A stretch of DNA of 59,753 nt, counting the filler, from Porpidia crustulata (lineage: Eukaryota): the NCBI GenBank assembly GCA_964255105.1. It is 10 parts of 10 records of this genome, joined end to end, with 100 filler letters (N's around TTAATTAATTAA, not from the genome) between each part and the next. Parts side by side here need not be neighbours in the genome. Positions count along the whole stretch, not along the records: positions 1 to 5,915 come from CAXUWE010001674.1; positions 6,016 to 11,928 come from CAXUWE010001675.1; positions 12,029 to 17,938 come from CAXUWE010001676.1; 7 more parts are not named here. One strand, written 5' to 3'. Below are positions 1 through 13,231 of this stretch, piece after piece; positions within the stretch are counted from its first letter, which is position 1, and every line of letters starts with the position of its first letter. A model generated the notes under the pieces. The model saw nothing but the letters and a program-made list of their open reading frames with translations, did not search any database and was not told where the DNA came from. Made by a program: the position numbers and the translations under genes.

Positions 1-581
1 ATTGGTTTATAAGTATTATTGATTTATGGATTAAGAGGGCTGTTGATGGGATGTGATGTGATGCGATGTGATGTGAGATGAGGGGTGGTTGTGTAAGAGT
101 CGTGAGGAGGTTGAGAGTAGATGAAAGGAGTTTGGTGTTGTTCGGGTACGGTTTATAATTTCTGGATACGGGGTATCGGACTGTTCGACGGTATGAAAGC
201 TGATCCGTGCGTGAAACTAAACAAGGTTCATGGATTCATAAACAAAGAGACAACAAGGTAGGTAGATTCCGGGATACGGCCAGATGAGAGCTCGACACAC
301 CCTAAAAACCCCGCGAGTTTCACTCCTCTAGTCAACGAACAATAAAACCAGCATTCTTCAATGAATTGATTTTTGTATTTACATAGTCCAACCCGACCCT
401 CCCTCCTCAAAAGAATGTCCACCAGTTTAGACTCCTGACGAGTTCAATCCGGCTCTCGATTGCTTGACTAACTTCAGAACCTTCGAGCATTCAATGCACA
501 TGCGCATGCTCAGCTTTTCACCCATATTAACGCAGCCGGCTAATTCCTCCCCAGAACAATACCCTCACACATACCCACGCC

Positions 582-3548
582 TTACATCAACGTTGCACTT
601 AGAGGTAGCTTCCGTGACGAGCTCCCAACATATACCGTTTTCGGGCTCTTCGATATCACCCAGTTCTGACTCATCGTGTCCCAATTCGACACATCGCGTC
701 TTAAAATGTCAGCACGGAAAGTTGCAGACTGTCCTGGTTGAATGGATAGTCGCTCAAAGCCACGGAGAACGACTTTGGGATCGTAAGGGCCGCCGAGAGA
801 AATGTACATCTGCGCGACCTCCTCACCAGCGACCTTTCCTGTGTTGGTGACGGTGGCGGTGACCTTGTACAAGACATCGTAGAGTTGTGCGTTACCTCCA
901 GGTGCTCCACCAGCAGGCAGCAAAGGCTGTGGCGAACCATCCTGGGAGCCGGCCGGAACAAAACCCGGGAGTGCGTAGTCGGTTTCATTGGCGGACGCTT
1001 TGAGGTCTGTGAAGTTAAGGTATGGGTAAATGTAGATTGGAACACGTTCAATATTCTTCGGGAAGAGGTAGTCAGCGGTGTTGTTGGAAATACTACCGAG
1101 AGTTGGTGCTGGACCGGTCTTGCCAGTTGTTGGCTGGTAGGGAGCGGCTGAGGTCTTTTCGACTTTCAAATCCGAGTATCCAAATGTAGTGTAGCTCAAC
1201 CCGTAGCCGAATTCGTAGGTCGGGGCAATGCCTCTTTGGTCGAGGCTGCGGTAGTCGATGAAGACTCCTTCCGTGAAATCTTGTTGAGGAGCGTTCATAC
1301 CCGCGTTGGGCGCGTATAGCAAATCAGTGCCGAAATCCTCACGGCGAGCAGCCATGGTAAAAGGAAGTTTGGCCCCTGGGTTGAAACGTCCATATAGAAC
1401 GTCAGCAATGGCATTGCCAGACTGTTCGCCTGGAATACCGGCCCATAAAATGGCTGTAATGTTTGGGTTGTCCGCATACTCTTGAATGAGAACCGCACCG
1501 ATGGTGTGGAGAACAAGTATAGTGTTGTTGCACAAGGCGGAAACATTACGAACCAAGGTATCACCGCCTTGCCACAGGGTAAGGTTTTTGCGATCCCCCT
1601 CATTACCATCCACAACAATGTAACCCTCACCGCCATCAGCGTTTGCAAACACTATCGCAGTGCTAGCTGCACTGGCGAGAGCTTGAATCTGTTTGCTGGC
1701 AAAATTATCTGTGATAGATTGGAAGGATCCAAGGTTATTCAATACCTCGTTTTGAATAGTAGTCTCGGGTGTAACGAGGTAGGGAAAATTCGCAGTCCCA
1801 CTTCCCCAGCCCATGGCAAGAGTACCATTGTCGCAACCCCGGTCAGAGCAGCCGTTGGGGCCATCCGGGGCACTACCTGCGTCATTACCGAAGACTGCTG
1901 TGAGCTTCTCTTTTCCAGTCAAGGGCAGTGCATTGTTAGTGTTCTTCAGCAGAACAGTACTTGCACATCCAATTTGACGGATGAGGTTTCCGTGTTTGGC
2001 GCGAACGTCCACGTGCTCGTTGATTGTTGTGTAGCCCATCTTTGCAAGGAAATTCTCGGGACCATACGTATCTGGAGACCACGAATCGAAATTGATGGGG
2101 ATTTGAGCCTGGTCGCGTCCAACGTAGTACCAAGCTGCTATGATACGTGTGGCCATGTCATCAAGACGCCATTGGGGGATAGTGCCATTGAGGACGGCAA
2201 CCGTGAGGTTCGCACCCCAGTATGAAGTCCCTGAATCGAAGGTCACATCGCCGGGCATGGTCATATCCAACCCGGCTAATGCACCACCAACGCCGGAATG
2301 CTGCGCAGCCCAATCACTCATGATAAACCCTTGAAAGTCAAGCTCGCCCTTTAGTATCTTGTTGAGCAGCTGGCTATTCTGGCAGCCGTAACTGTTATTC
2401 ACTTGCTGGTAAGAGCACATGATGGATCCGACACCGGCTCGGACAGCATCGGCGAAAGGCCTGGGATAAATTAGATCACGTCGGGAACATCTGGATGCAG
2501 TGTAAATACCATAGGTACAGCTCATGCATCGTAGTATCGTCGATGTTTGAGCTGAGGCTGTCGGTAATATTGTAGCCATGGTCGTGAGCTTCGGGAGCTT
2601 GACGGAAATGCTCCTGCTCATTGCCAATATAGTGCTTGGCGCATGCCATCACACCCTTGCTCTGGATGCCCTTGATGGTCTGAGCCATCATGATGCCCGT
2701 CAATGCAGGATCGGGGCTGCAATCACTGATTAGCTTTTGCGAGTGATTGAGCCAAGAGTGATTGAGGCAAGTTCGTAACATGAGCTTACCTGAAGCCTTC
2801 CCAGTTGCGACCTCCTTCAGGTGCACGGCCAAGTGGACCGGCGACTGGACCCAACTGTATATCCACGCCCTTTCCCTGGTGCTCGGCTCCCATAGCTTGA
2901 CCACGGGCGTATGCGAGACCGCGATCAAATGTGGCAGCAACATTTACGCCGGCTGGAAACGCAGAAACGTAATCGGCTGTTCGATTATCAGCCATCAATT
3001 GCAGACTCTGGAACATCGAGTAGCATACCGAACCTGACTCCGAGAGGGGAATCTTGCAAGCACATGCTGCGGAATCCCAGTCGAGGGATAGCACCATTTT
3101 GCCCAACACAGCGCTCTCCTTCCCATCTGTAAGGCACATATCAATATCCCGATCCTACGCGTGCTCTCCAATTGTGTACATACCCAACTCCAGTGGTTAG
3201 ATTTACCTTCTCAAGCAAAGTGAGCTGCTTCACGAAGGTCCGAGCTTTGGTATACGCATCTTCCCAATTCCCGGCCCCTGTACCCCACGGCGATGGGTAA
3301 TAGGGTTCTGATGTTGGTTGGCCGGGGACTCCATCTGCGACTGGGTCCGGCGAGCTCGCGCTGGGATAAGTTGAATTTGGAAACTAACAGGGCATCGTGA
3401 GAAGCTGTTGAATTGATAATTGACTGATGCTACCGCTATTTGATGATTCAAATGGGCAATGACTTACTGGAGCAGTTGAGTTGCCATTCTGAGCGCTGAC
3501 AAGATTTGACGCCACAAGCATCAACGGCACAAGCGCGGTACGCCACAT
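582..3548 (-). CDS. bglA: Secreted GH3 beta-glucosidase (BglA/BGL1 type), multi-exon, complete
   Basis: ATG at 3548 gives a signal peptide ([19 protein letters not shown]). Exons read [56 protein letters not shown] (catalytic Asp) and a C-terminal FnIII-like EEVAQMY...LRGFE. Stop at 582-584. Confidence 0.93.
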
Positions 3549-5213
3549 CCTGAGATCCGATTCAAGCTAATTGTTGGTGGGGCAAAAATAACAATGAGAA
3601 CAATTACGCTTGTAGACAATAGGATTTATCCGTTTTTATATTAATGATAAAGAGGTGTTACTCATGATGAATGACAGACATATGTAGTGATTCACGGGCA
3701 AAGAGGGTGGGTGGAGTACTTTTATGTAGTAATGCATCATTCGTGCCTGCCCACATCTCAATACTAATACTCGTCATGCTGCTGTATCCTTCCACCCCTC
3801 GTATACTAGGAAGGTACCTAGCAGCGAGCATTGTTCATATGATTCTTTCTGAGTAAGGATTGCCGGTGCAAGCAGGGCAACAGCCTTCTCGGTAAGCTCG
3901 GACAAATTCGCACAGAGACAGAGCCCCGCAATTCGTTCGAACTTTCTTCACATAAAGCTGCTTTACCCCGACACACCATCAAGCCTGGTGAAAGTAGTGT
4001 ATTTAGGATGAGCACTTGGATTCAGGAAGTGTCAAGGCAGGCTCGAAGTTTCACCGAAGACCGAGGGGAGTTAGGGGACTAACAGGCTTTTAAAGGCAAT
4101 CATTATGACATGACGCAATTTCGTAAATAGCCTCGCGCTCTGTGCTCTCGCTCGGGGCCCCTACCGGACATGACAGGGCCACTCATCTCCCAGATCTCTT
4201 CCAGTTCTCCAATTCCAGCAGGTTGTCCTGCATAATAAAATCCCAATTCTCCCGCAAACTTTTGTCTTGCTTCAGGAACGCATTCCGTCCTCCAGGTACA
4301 TTGGTCATGCACCCCGCATTTGCTGGGATCCAAGCTGCCGAAAGCGAAATCTCCTAGCATGCCAGAGACGCACCGTTACTTCCTTCAGTCGTACTGCTAG
4401 TGCCAATGCAGGAAAAGCCGAGATCTTGGAGATGGGCTCAACTAATAGGCAATTTGATCGAAAGCCTTCCGCAGAGGAACGAGATGCTGACTGCAGACTG
4501 CACCGCAAATGCTGCTTTAAACGGCTCAGGGAATCGGGACTCGGAATGAGGAGGGTCTCTAATATGATCGGGAGGGCTCTTGATGTTCGACGTTAGCTTT
4601 CAACGTCGGTTGAGTCGTCAGCCATTGACATCTAATGCTACCTAATCTGACATGCTTAGCTCTTCCTGGATTAGCGGATTAAAGTTCCTTGCAAAAATTG
4701 TATCGTGAAAGTCACCTTCAGTGTCAGTGCCAGTGCCAGTGCCAGTATATTCCGGTATGGTGACTGGTAAAGGATCGATAAGAAGCTGATCGCTGCGTCT
4801 TTCGCGTCTTCTAAAACCACTCTAGGGGTGATCATAGTCTAGTTCTCAATTTCTGTCCATGAAGTGCAACCTACCGGAGAAATTTTGGATTGGCTTTTCT
4901 GGTAGAGAACATACATGACGAAGGTACACAGATGTCACTTCACAGCTATGAAGTAAACCGAGGTTTGTTGTGTCTTGCCTGCCGATCCTGGCTCTGTAGA
5001 ATTGGCCACTTCATCTCTCGCACTTCCGAGCACAGCTTGACTGTATATCAAACCCCCGGCTGCAAAATTCATCAATCTATAAATTCCCTATCATCTATAC
5101 ACAATGTAGTATCTACCCGTTGGTGCATTGAGAATTGTCATGTATTATTGTTGGCATGAGAGAGCTAGCAAGTCGTGTTAAAAACAGCCTGGCATATGTA
5201 CTGGAAACGGGAC

Positions 5214-5440
5214 CACGCGGGTGAAGAAAAAAATGAGACTGAGTAATAAACGTCTTCGGGCGCAAATTTGCTAACAAATTTCGCAACTATTTGATTATAT
5301 CACGAAATCACAGTCATTTCACTGACAGACTATCAAATAGATTGGGTTTCCGTTGATTTATGAAAATTCGTCAGCAACTTTGGTGAGGTTTCCCCCAAAG
5401 ACGTTTATTGCTCAGTCTCATTTTTTTCTTCACCCGCGTG
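5214..5440. mobile_element. MITE (non-autonomous DNA transposon), 227 bp, 43-bp TIRs, 5-bp TSD GGGAC
   Basis: 5214-5256 (CACGCGGGTGAAGAAAAAAATGAGACTGAGTAATAAACGTCTT) matches the reverse complement of 5398-5440 at 42/43 positions. GGGAC directly flanks both ends (5209-5213 and 5441-5445). The interior is AT-rich and non-coding. Confidence 0.9.
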
Positions 5441-5915
5441 GGGACTTAAAAATGTCGGGATCGTTGTTTCAAGAAATGCCGAGAACTTAGATATCTCTAG
5501 TTGCATCACTCATCAAAATATATATATTCTTTCCATCATAAATTTACGTATTGACTAATACTCAGTAAATGTCGTCTTCAGGACTTGCTTCTGCTGTGAG
5601 TTTCTTTTCTTCACACCTTCGACGCTTGTCAATGAAGTGTAGCGGCATCCCAAGCGACGTATGACTAACATCGACTCCCATATCTGCTTTCCCTTGACCA
5701 TTCGCCTCGCTCTTGTTGTCATCGGCGCCGAAGATGAGAATAGGAATGAGGTCTGAGGGTGAAAGTGAAGCATTGCTCGAAACACTGCCTGGAACAACTT
5801 TTCACTTTTCTCTTGGCCGTTCTCGAGGCGTGAACTTTGATACAAGCGGAAAGGACAGAGGCCTTTGAACTTAACTATATCAGATTAGAAAAGTAAGGGG
5901 GTGGGAAGAGGTGGA

Positions 5916-6015
5916 NNNNNNNNNNNNNNNNNNNNNNNNNNNNNNNNNNNNNNNNNNNNTTAATTAATTAANNNNNNNNNNNNNNNNNNNNNNNNNNNNN
6001 NNNNNNNNNNNNNNN
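5916..6015. other. Artificial contig linker (N44-TTAATTAATTAA-N44)
   Basis: 100-nt spacer with a palindromic all-frame stop core, identical at nine positions. Confidence 0.98.
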
Positions 6016-6536
6016 TCCCCTTAGTTTTCCAACCTACAGTCAAAATACCCCCAAATACACAATCCCATGAACCGTCATAGAAACCCTTGATCAAAATCTT
6101 CAATCTGACCGCCAAACCCCAACTCGCTGGTTTGTTGCTATGCTAACGCAAGGGAGGGAGACCTAAAAAACACGAGGAGAAGACGACGCTCAAAACCTTG
6201 GATGATGATGCGCTGCGTTAGGGTTATGGATGGATGAGGGTGTGCTATATTCCGATCGACGCCCGCCCGTGTATTGACATCATTGGATATCTTGGTGGTA
6301 GTGGTGTATGTTCTCTTGAGGTTTGATGCGAACATTTTTATACGTCGTGCTCATGCGGAAGAATTTGGAAACGCTGCACTTAAAGTGCTGGAATATGTTC
6401 AATTTGGACATGTGCTTGTATGTCTTGTGATATTTTGCAGACAGGGGTTTATTGGACTGGTGCTCGTTTGGGCGTTTGTAGAAGGAGTGGAATTATGCTG
6501 GGAAGGCGCAGTGACCCGAAGTGGAATACGAATGGC

Positions 6537-8937
6537 TCAAAAAACGTCTTCAGGCCACTCATAATCTTCCTTTTGAATACCAGGCAAGGGCTTGTCTGCA
6601 TGTTTGGCAATCCTTTCCTTGCTGTTTGAAAGAGACTCCGGTAGCGGAGCCACAGTATCATGTCCTTCGGAATTCATCGTCGCTGTATCGTCATCTTCCT
6701 TGGGCGCCATCCTAGGCGACATCCTCTTCGGAGAGACCAGACTAGGCGGCGGTGGAGAGATCCCACGCTTCACCATCTTACTCCGTGTCTTCATTGGCGA
6801 CGTAACCGAAGGTGGAACTCGAGTCTTATTGGGAGATGCAGAAAGTGGAGGTGCGAGGAAAGGAGAGGCAGGACGGTCCTGGTGAGAAAGCGACTTGTGA
6901 TCTGTCTTCTTCTTGTTGTGAGGAAGGTTGTTCATGTAGTCGATTACTTGAGCTTCAGTCATGGTAGGGTAGAGGACGCGTAGGTTGATGGCATCCACGG
7001 AAATCCTACCAAATGGGATATTGCTGTTGGAGACTGAACGCAACGAAAGTACCTTGGCTTGATCGATTCTGCTAGGATCAAAGACCTCTGGCATCGTAGG
7101 AAGTGGAGGCACAGGATCTAGAGTCTTCCGTGACGAAATCCTTCGTGGACCATTTGGCGTTACATTTCTTCCATGCCTGGCCTTACTCGACTCAATAGCA
7201 ACACTTTCCTCAATTTTTTGAGACTTTCGAGAGCGTACTGAGCCTTTGTTGGCAACATCCCATTTAATTGGGTCGATAACGGAATCACTTGTGTCTTCTT
7301 CGTGGTTTGGGTTGTATAGAGCGTCAACGCTTTTACGCTTCCTTGACATGGGCTCTCTCGAAACCGAAGATCTAAGCTCACTTTGAAGCTGGGAATTGGC
7401 TTGAGGTGTGAGGTCGCCCACGTATGGGCCTGTCTCGCTAGGTTTATCATCATGAAAGCTCTCCTCTTCCGGAACATTACTGGTATCATGGCTTTGTAAA
7501 ATCCGCTGTGATGGAAGCGAAGGAAGTGCACCAGGCTTGAAAGGTTTCAAACCTAGCTTGGATGGCTCATGGAGCCCTTCGAGTTCTCGACGAGCCTTGT
7601 CCAGTTTCATTTCCAAGTCACTTACTTTCATGGTTAACTTTTGTTGTTTCACTAGATCCTTCTTCGACGGCGAGTTTCGCAATGGCTGTGCAGCTGTAGC
7701 TGTGTTCAACTCATCACCAAATTCGATGGAAGGTAAGGGAAGCGAGACCTCGGACTGCACTATCTTTGTCGGTAACAAGTGAAAGTGCGATTTGACTTTC
7801 TTTAGGCTTTGCAGAGAGGGTTTATGAAGTGTTAGGGATGATCTACGGCCGGAGTTCCTAGTAACCATTGGACTTGGAGAGCGACCTGATCTGGGTACCG
7901 GTGGAGGTGGCATTAGTCCTTGAACCGGTGCAAATACCTGGTAGTCTTTGCTGTGTTCTGTTGATGACCGGTACCCGTCCATGTCGATTCCCGAGTCTCG
8001 AAACTCGGGCTTGCAAGGGGCTTCGTCGACATCATCATACCTGATGGTAGGTAATTCTACGCTCGCCCGCTGCTTTGAAGGAGCCTTTGTCCCTTTGAAA
8101 CCACTATGCTTCAATTCTGCATAGGTCTTTTCTGCCTTGGCTTGTCTCTCTTGCAGGATGTCCTTTTCTGGGGACTTTATCTCCTCTGTCTCTTTCCACA
8201 TGCCATTGAATCCCTGCCACACGTTTGCCGGGTTAAAAGCATTGACAATGGCTTTTCCGAAACGAAACATGCTTGAATGTTTCGATGAGCTAATGCTAGC
8301 ATGATGACTAAAATCTGCATCTAGAATACCAGTATCTCGATTTTGGACGTGGCCTCCGGCCTCAGTAGGCGTCAAAAAACGAGCCATGGCCTCTTCGTCA
8401 CGCGTGTATAGGCTAGGTGGTTTCTTACTGGCTCGGTCGTTCATGCTTCCCTCTTGAAATCTTGAAGGTCGAGATATATTGGAGGACGTCCTTCTGTATT
8501 GAGGTGAAGTCGACTTCCTTGCTGACTTGGAGGGTCCTTTGCGAGTGCTGTCCGGCTCAGTTAAGGGTTTGAGGGACAACTCTGACACTCGGGTTCGCTT
8601 GGAGATGTGTAATTGATTGCTGTCATTGTCGCCTCGTACAGCCGAAGCCTTTACATCCTCATATGTGGTCGAAGGGTTGTGACTGAGAGGTCTCTTCCGA
8701 GAATTATTCCCGGGACTTGAAATTGATTCATTTGGCGGGGGCACTGCATTCAAATGTAACAGCGAGGACTTTCTTCGACTCTGAGGAACATCATATTGAA
8801 TCTACGATATCGGCATTATGCGATTAGTTTATAGTACTATACGAAGGGCTCATTGCAGCGGATGTCGTCTGCACAGTAAGACACACCTTCGGACCGGTAG
8901 GTTTCCTTGCCCCTGAACCGTCTTTCTTCGGAGCCAT
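6537..8937 (-). CDS. Conserved fungal Ser/Pro/Lys-rich, largely disordered protein with a central coiled coil; function unknown
   Basis: 738-aa ORF extended by exon 1 (8887-8937, MAPKKDGSGARKPTGPK) through intron 8802-8886 (GTGTGT...CTAAT...TAG), in frame. Motifs RPSRFQEGSMNDRASKKPPS and KVSDLEMKLDKARREL; ends EDYEWPEDVF. Confidence 0.75.
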
Positions 8938-9652
8938 GAATACGTGTTGTACAGCAGATTCCTACACAAAGTAGGAGCACATGGCAGCAAAGCCCGTGCT
9001 TGCTACATCAATCTCATGAAGGGTCTGGATCTTTCAACTCGATATTGTGAGGGTTGTTGATTGTGTCCAAGTAAACACACAACCACCGTCGCCCCCACAG
9101 GCTCGCGTAAATAAAGTCCTTAGCTCCGGCTGGCCTATCCCTGTAATTTGCAAGGATCACGCAAGAGATTCAAATGGCAGCCTGTCACGTGCACACAAGT
9201 AGATCTTCTTAAACATCCCTTGAGCTCGTAGTCGCTTTCTTCCCAGGAATATAGTGTACCATTTTGATATAAGAATATTCAATATCTACAATGGATATGG
9301 CAGACAAGTCCGCGCCTCTAGAATTTGGAATCGATACTTTTAATCCTGGTGGAGCATCCGGCCAGCTGCCGGGATATAGTAGTCAAATGTTGGGGAAGGT
9401 CCAATGCTCAGGTGCTTCCTATCGTAGTATACGGAGGCACAAGATAGGGTCATCAATCTCGGTCTCTCGATTCCATCTTTCAATTTCGTATTGCTACCTC
9501 ACAAAGCTGTTGCTTTGCACAATCATTAGTTCTTAGTTTTAGTTCAAAATCTTTACTCTCTTTGTTGTATTCTCGATTTGTCGTTCTATAATTCTTTGGT
9601 TACGGGAAGGTTGAAAAGCCCGTTGAGACTGTGTATGTTATAGACTGAGGCG

Positions 9653-11928
9653 ATGGCGTCAGAAGGCCCACCGACCGAGATCCTTTCCAATACCTTTCAA
9701 TGTTATAAGGAGAATCTGGACAGGCTCGCGGAATGGCTTTTGAATACTGTAGAATTGCTTGGGTGCAACGTCGAGCAAATGAGCATGTCTGGCTGCGGGT
9801 CTGACATGAAGGAAGAGTCGAAGGAGCCTACAACTGAAACCCCACCCACAACAACAGAGTGGCCAACCTATGCTGTCAGTCTCGAGCTTCTCATGAAGCT
9901 AGCAAGGACTGTTAAGCAGAGTAAACAAGTCCGAGTTCCTCATGAGATGCTTACTACTGTAATTGAGCCCATTAAGATCCTGAAAAAATTCTCCATGTTC
10001 AACGAAAAGTCCGCAGGCCGTGCGAGCAACTTATCAGACGGCAAGGCTTACTTAGCACACCTCCACACTATTAAGACTCTGGAGAAGATTCATGAAATGC
10101 TGCTACTTGACGGTGACTCGAGAGATATAATTGTCCCTCCAGAAGATGCCACAGTGCATGAGATAGGGAAGAAAAGTAAAGTTGGTAATTCAAGCCTGAA
10201 GCATCCTATCTCAGGTTTGATCTATCATTTTGGGGGCCTTGAGTCAGAGAAGTCGACCAATTTGGTTCCCAAGACCTCCTGGGATGAAGATCGTATTGGT
10301 AACAAATTGCCAAGTTCGCATCGCAAAGTGGTGTATGCTGCAGATACAGATACTGGTGGAGAGATCCTTCTGGCGGTGTTTTGCCTTCTCGAAGACTGTC
10401 ACAACATTCAAACTTATCTACGGAGATGTTGGTGGAGTTACAAGCTGGGCAAGCTAGACCTTGTGACTGCATCGGCCATCACTAATACAGCGATTGACTT
10501 GGTTCGAAGAATTCATGAGCACTATGCTCGTACATACCCCGTATACGAAAACACGACTTGGGTCACTTATTCTTTCTTCTTGCATTACTGTGATGTCCGG
10601 AAAGTCGATCCAGGAAATCTTCCGTCGCCTGAAGCATGGTTCAACTACGAAATGGCCGATGTTGCCGAATATTGCTATATACCCATACACTCTATACTTG
10701 GAGACCTCTCCGAGGTAATAGAGCCTGGCTACCTACAGAAACTCAGAAATGGGATCATTGGCGTTCATGATCCTAGGCGTCATAGACATAAATTTTCCTT
10801 TCATGAAAAGATTCAAGAGGATGACATAATCATCCAGGAGATTATGCCCGAATTATGCCTTTTAACACAATCACAAGTACGAGCTTTCGGGCAAGACTGG
10901 ATGGTTCGAGGATTGAGGGAGATGCAACGTACGCAAGAGCCCGTGTTTTGGCTTTGCTTTGCTTTACAAATTTTCCTCGACGTTTACCATATATTTCGTG
11001 AGTACAGTGGGTACGCCCTTGCCGAGCTACAGGCCGCTGGCCATAGTGCTAGGGAAGTCACATGCAGAGTTATAGCAATGTCTACGCGACCTAAAGGATG
11101 GACGAATGACAGTCTAATTCGCAGCGCTTTCGGTTTTGCTAGATTATGGATCATCGACGACGCACTCGAAAAGATGAGACAGTACCATTTCCGGTCCGCT
11201 TACAAACCACGATGCGTTAAACCTTTCTACCTCATGCGACGACATCCGATTCTTTGCGGCTTGACCAAGTTTACGCTCCTGCAGAGGATGCATGAAGCCG
11301 GGGTCACGATAGCGGCGGCTTCGGGGTCAATATTGGCAATGGCCCATTTATATAATGCGATTCGACAGATGTCGATACTTGGGATAGAATGGCCGGCCAT
11401 GGAGCTTTTCGTATCTATCAATAATCCCGAAATTCTGTTCGCTGGGGATCTTCCCACAACTTTGGATGACTGCTTGAAGAGATATCATGTCATGGTTGGG
11501 ATCAAGGCCCAAGCTGGAAAGGAGCCCAGAAGTCCACGAGACTATGTTCGCAACGCTCTGACTTTCAGAATCCCTAGCCAACAGTGGTTCTACAACGGCT
11601 CCACAGACTGGAACATCACGAATACGGAGTCTCTACTAGACGACATGAACCCCCGAGACCCCAAGCACCAAGCCATCCGCGACCGCTGGAACACTTCCCA
11701 CCAAATCACCGCGCTCGACTTGTTATCCTCGTTGCAAACCGCCATGGTCATCCAACGAGAAACTCTCGAATACGACTACCTGGACATGCACCACCAATGC
11801 ACCGAGCTCTTCGCCACATTAAAACACCAGTTGCACGACGCGCTCGACCTGTACCTCGGCTCGGAGTACAGCAGCCGCAAAGACGCCGGGTCGGAGATCG
11901 TGGGGGATATTTTGAAGTTGGCGGCGGG
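9653..11928 (+). CDS. Fungal DUF6604-like hypothetical protein, 3' truncated at contig end
   Basis: Intronless ORF of over 750 aa. The N-terminal YKENLDRLAEWLLNT...G and later W.SYK.GKLDLVTASAITNTAIDLVR patterns resemble DUF6604 proteins (recognised from memory). Confidence 0.65.
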
Positions 11929-12028
11929 NNNNNNNNNNNNNNNNNNNNNNNNNNNNNNNNNNNNNNNNNNNNTTAATTAATTAANNNNNNNNNNNNNNNN
12001 NNNNNNNNNNNNNNNNNNNNNNNNNNNN
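11929..12028. other. Artificial contig linker
   Basis: N44-TTAATTAATTAA-N44. Confidence 0.98.
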
Positions 12029-13231
12029 TGTGGGAGCGGGATTCGCGGGATTTGACGATGATGTAGCTGGAGACCATCTGGATGTGTTTGTCGCGCAGGG
12101 CGCGCAGCATGGCCAGGCAGGCGTCAAAGGCGATGGTCAGGGCTCGGTTGCTTTGGTGGGACTCGACGTACTCGTGGATGTTGGCGACGTTGGAGACGTG
12201 CTCGAGGAAGCGCCGGTGCGGGCCGGGCATGTAGGAGCGCATTTCGTGGATGAAGTTGTGACGGGATGGAGGGGCTTGGCCTTCTGGCTCGGAGTCGGAG
12301 CTGTAGGCCGGAGAGGGAGGTTTTGAGCCGGTAGGACGGTGTGAGACGCCAAGAATGATGTCGAAGAATTGGATAAGCGAGGATTGGGCGTTACTGCCAC
12401 CACCGTATTGACGGTATTGTTCATAGCCGCTGCCATCTTCAAAAATGACGCCTTTAGGAAGACCCGCGTCTGCCATGTTCTTCGATCCCGCGAGAAAAGG
12501 ACGAATCCGGTGGTAAAAGACATGAGGATCGCAATTTTCGTACATTCGTTGCAGCAATGTCCCAAGCTCATCAAGTCTTTCTGCAAAGGTATGCAGGCTC
12601 TCTGTCACCGCCCTGCTGTCGTTCATACGAGCTACGGCTATTGCGTCCAGCATAAGGGGAATTAAAGGCGCCCCTCGTGCCTCAATTGCTACAGACACCA
12701 GATAGAACCAGGATTCATCGGTTGAGCCAGTAAAGGTCGCCAATGTGGATAGATTCTCAAGGGTGTCCATAGGCTCGTCTTCGAATATTGGTTTGAAGTT
12801 CCATAGGCACACACCAGCGTATGTGGCTACGGGAGGTAGCTCAAGGTACTTGCAGAGCTGAAGAAAGGGAATTGAGAGGGAAGGTGGGACTCTCTGTGGA
12901 AGCGTCAGCGGAGGACATTGGGCATGATGATTTGGCATACTTCTGCAGGTTTGTCTCCGCCCCATATATATGCATGTGTCATGAATGCCATCAACATATA
13001 CGCCCTGCGCAGTTCCGCCCGACGTTGTAACCTCCATGTCGACAGTACTGGCATTTCTTCCACTACGCCCCGCAATCTCCGGCTGAGAATCAGAGCCTGT
13101 AGATTTCCGACTATGGCCTCCCATCGCCTGTAGTATGGATCTGGAAGATGTTCCAATGGACGTTCAATGGGAAGAAAGCCATGTTCCGGTGACATGCCAT
13201 AGTCTTCCAAGATAGGAATAGGCGGGATCAT
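12029..13231 (-). CDS. BNA2: Indoleamine 2,3-dioxygenase (kynurenine pathway), 3' truncated
   Basis: MIPPIP...YGMSPEHGFLP; intron 12894-12940 (GTATGC...GCTGAC...CAG); LPPVATYAGVCLWNF, FTGSTDESWFYLVSVAIE, FYHRIRPFLAG, GGSNAQSSLIQFFD, MRSYMPGPHR, RDKHIQMV (heme His). Confidence 0.93.

Noticed and set aside
45..82. (GATGT)n-like microsatellite, plus other short repeats at 4719-4746 (CAGTGC), 13930-13959 (CAT) and 35504-35525 (GATATCGCAA x2)
   Set aside because: These are ordinary short low-complexity repeats with no spacer structure, so not CRISPR-like.
464..2334. Long antisense and alternate-frame ORFs over the GH3 gene, and likewise over the kinase, PMS1 and kinesin
   Set aside because: They are shadow ORFs of codon-biased real genes and have no recognisable motifs.
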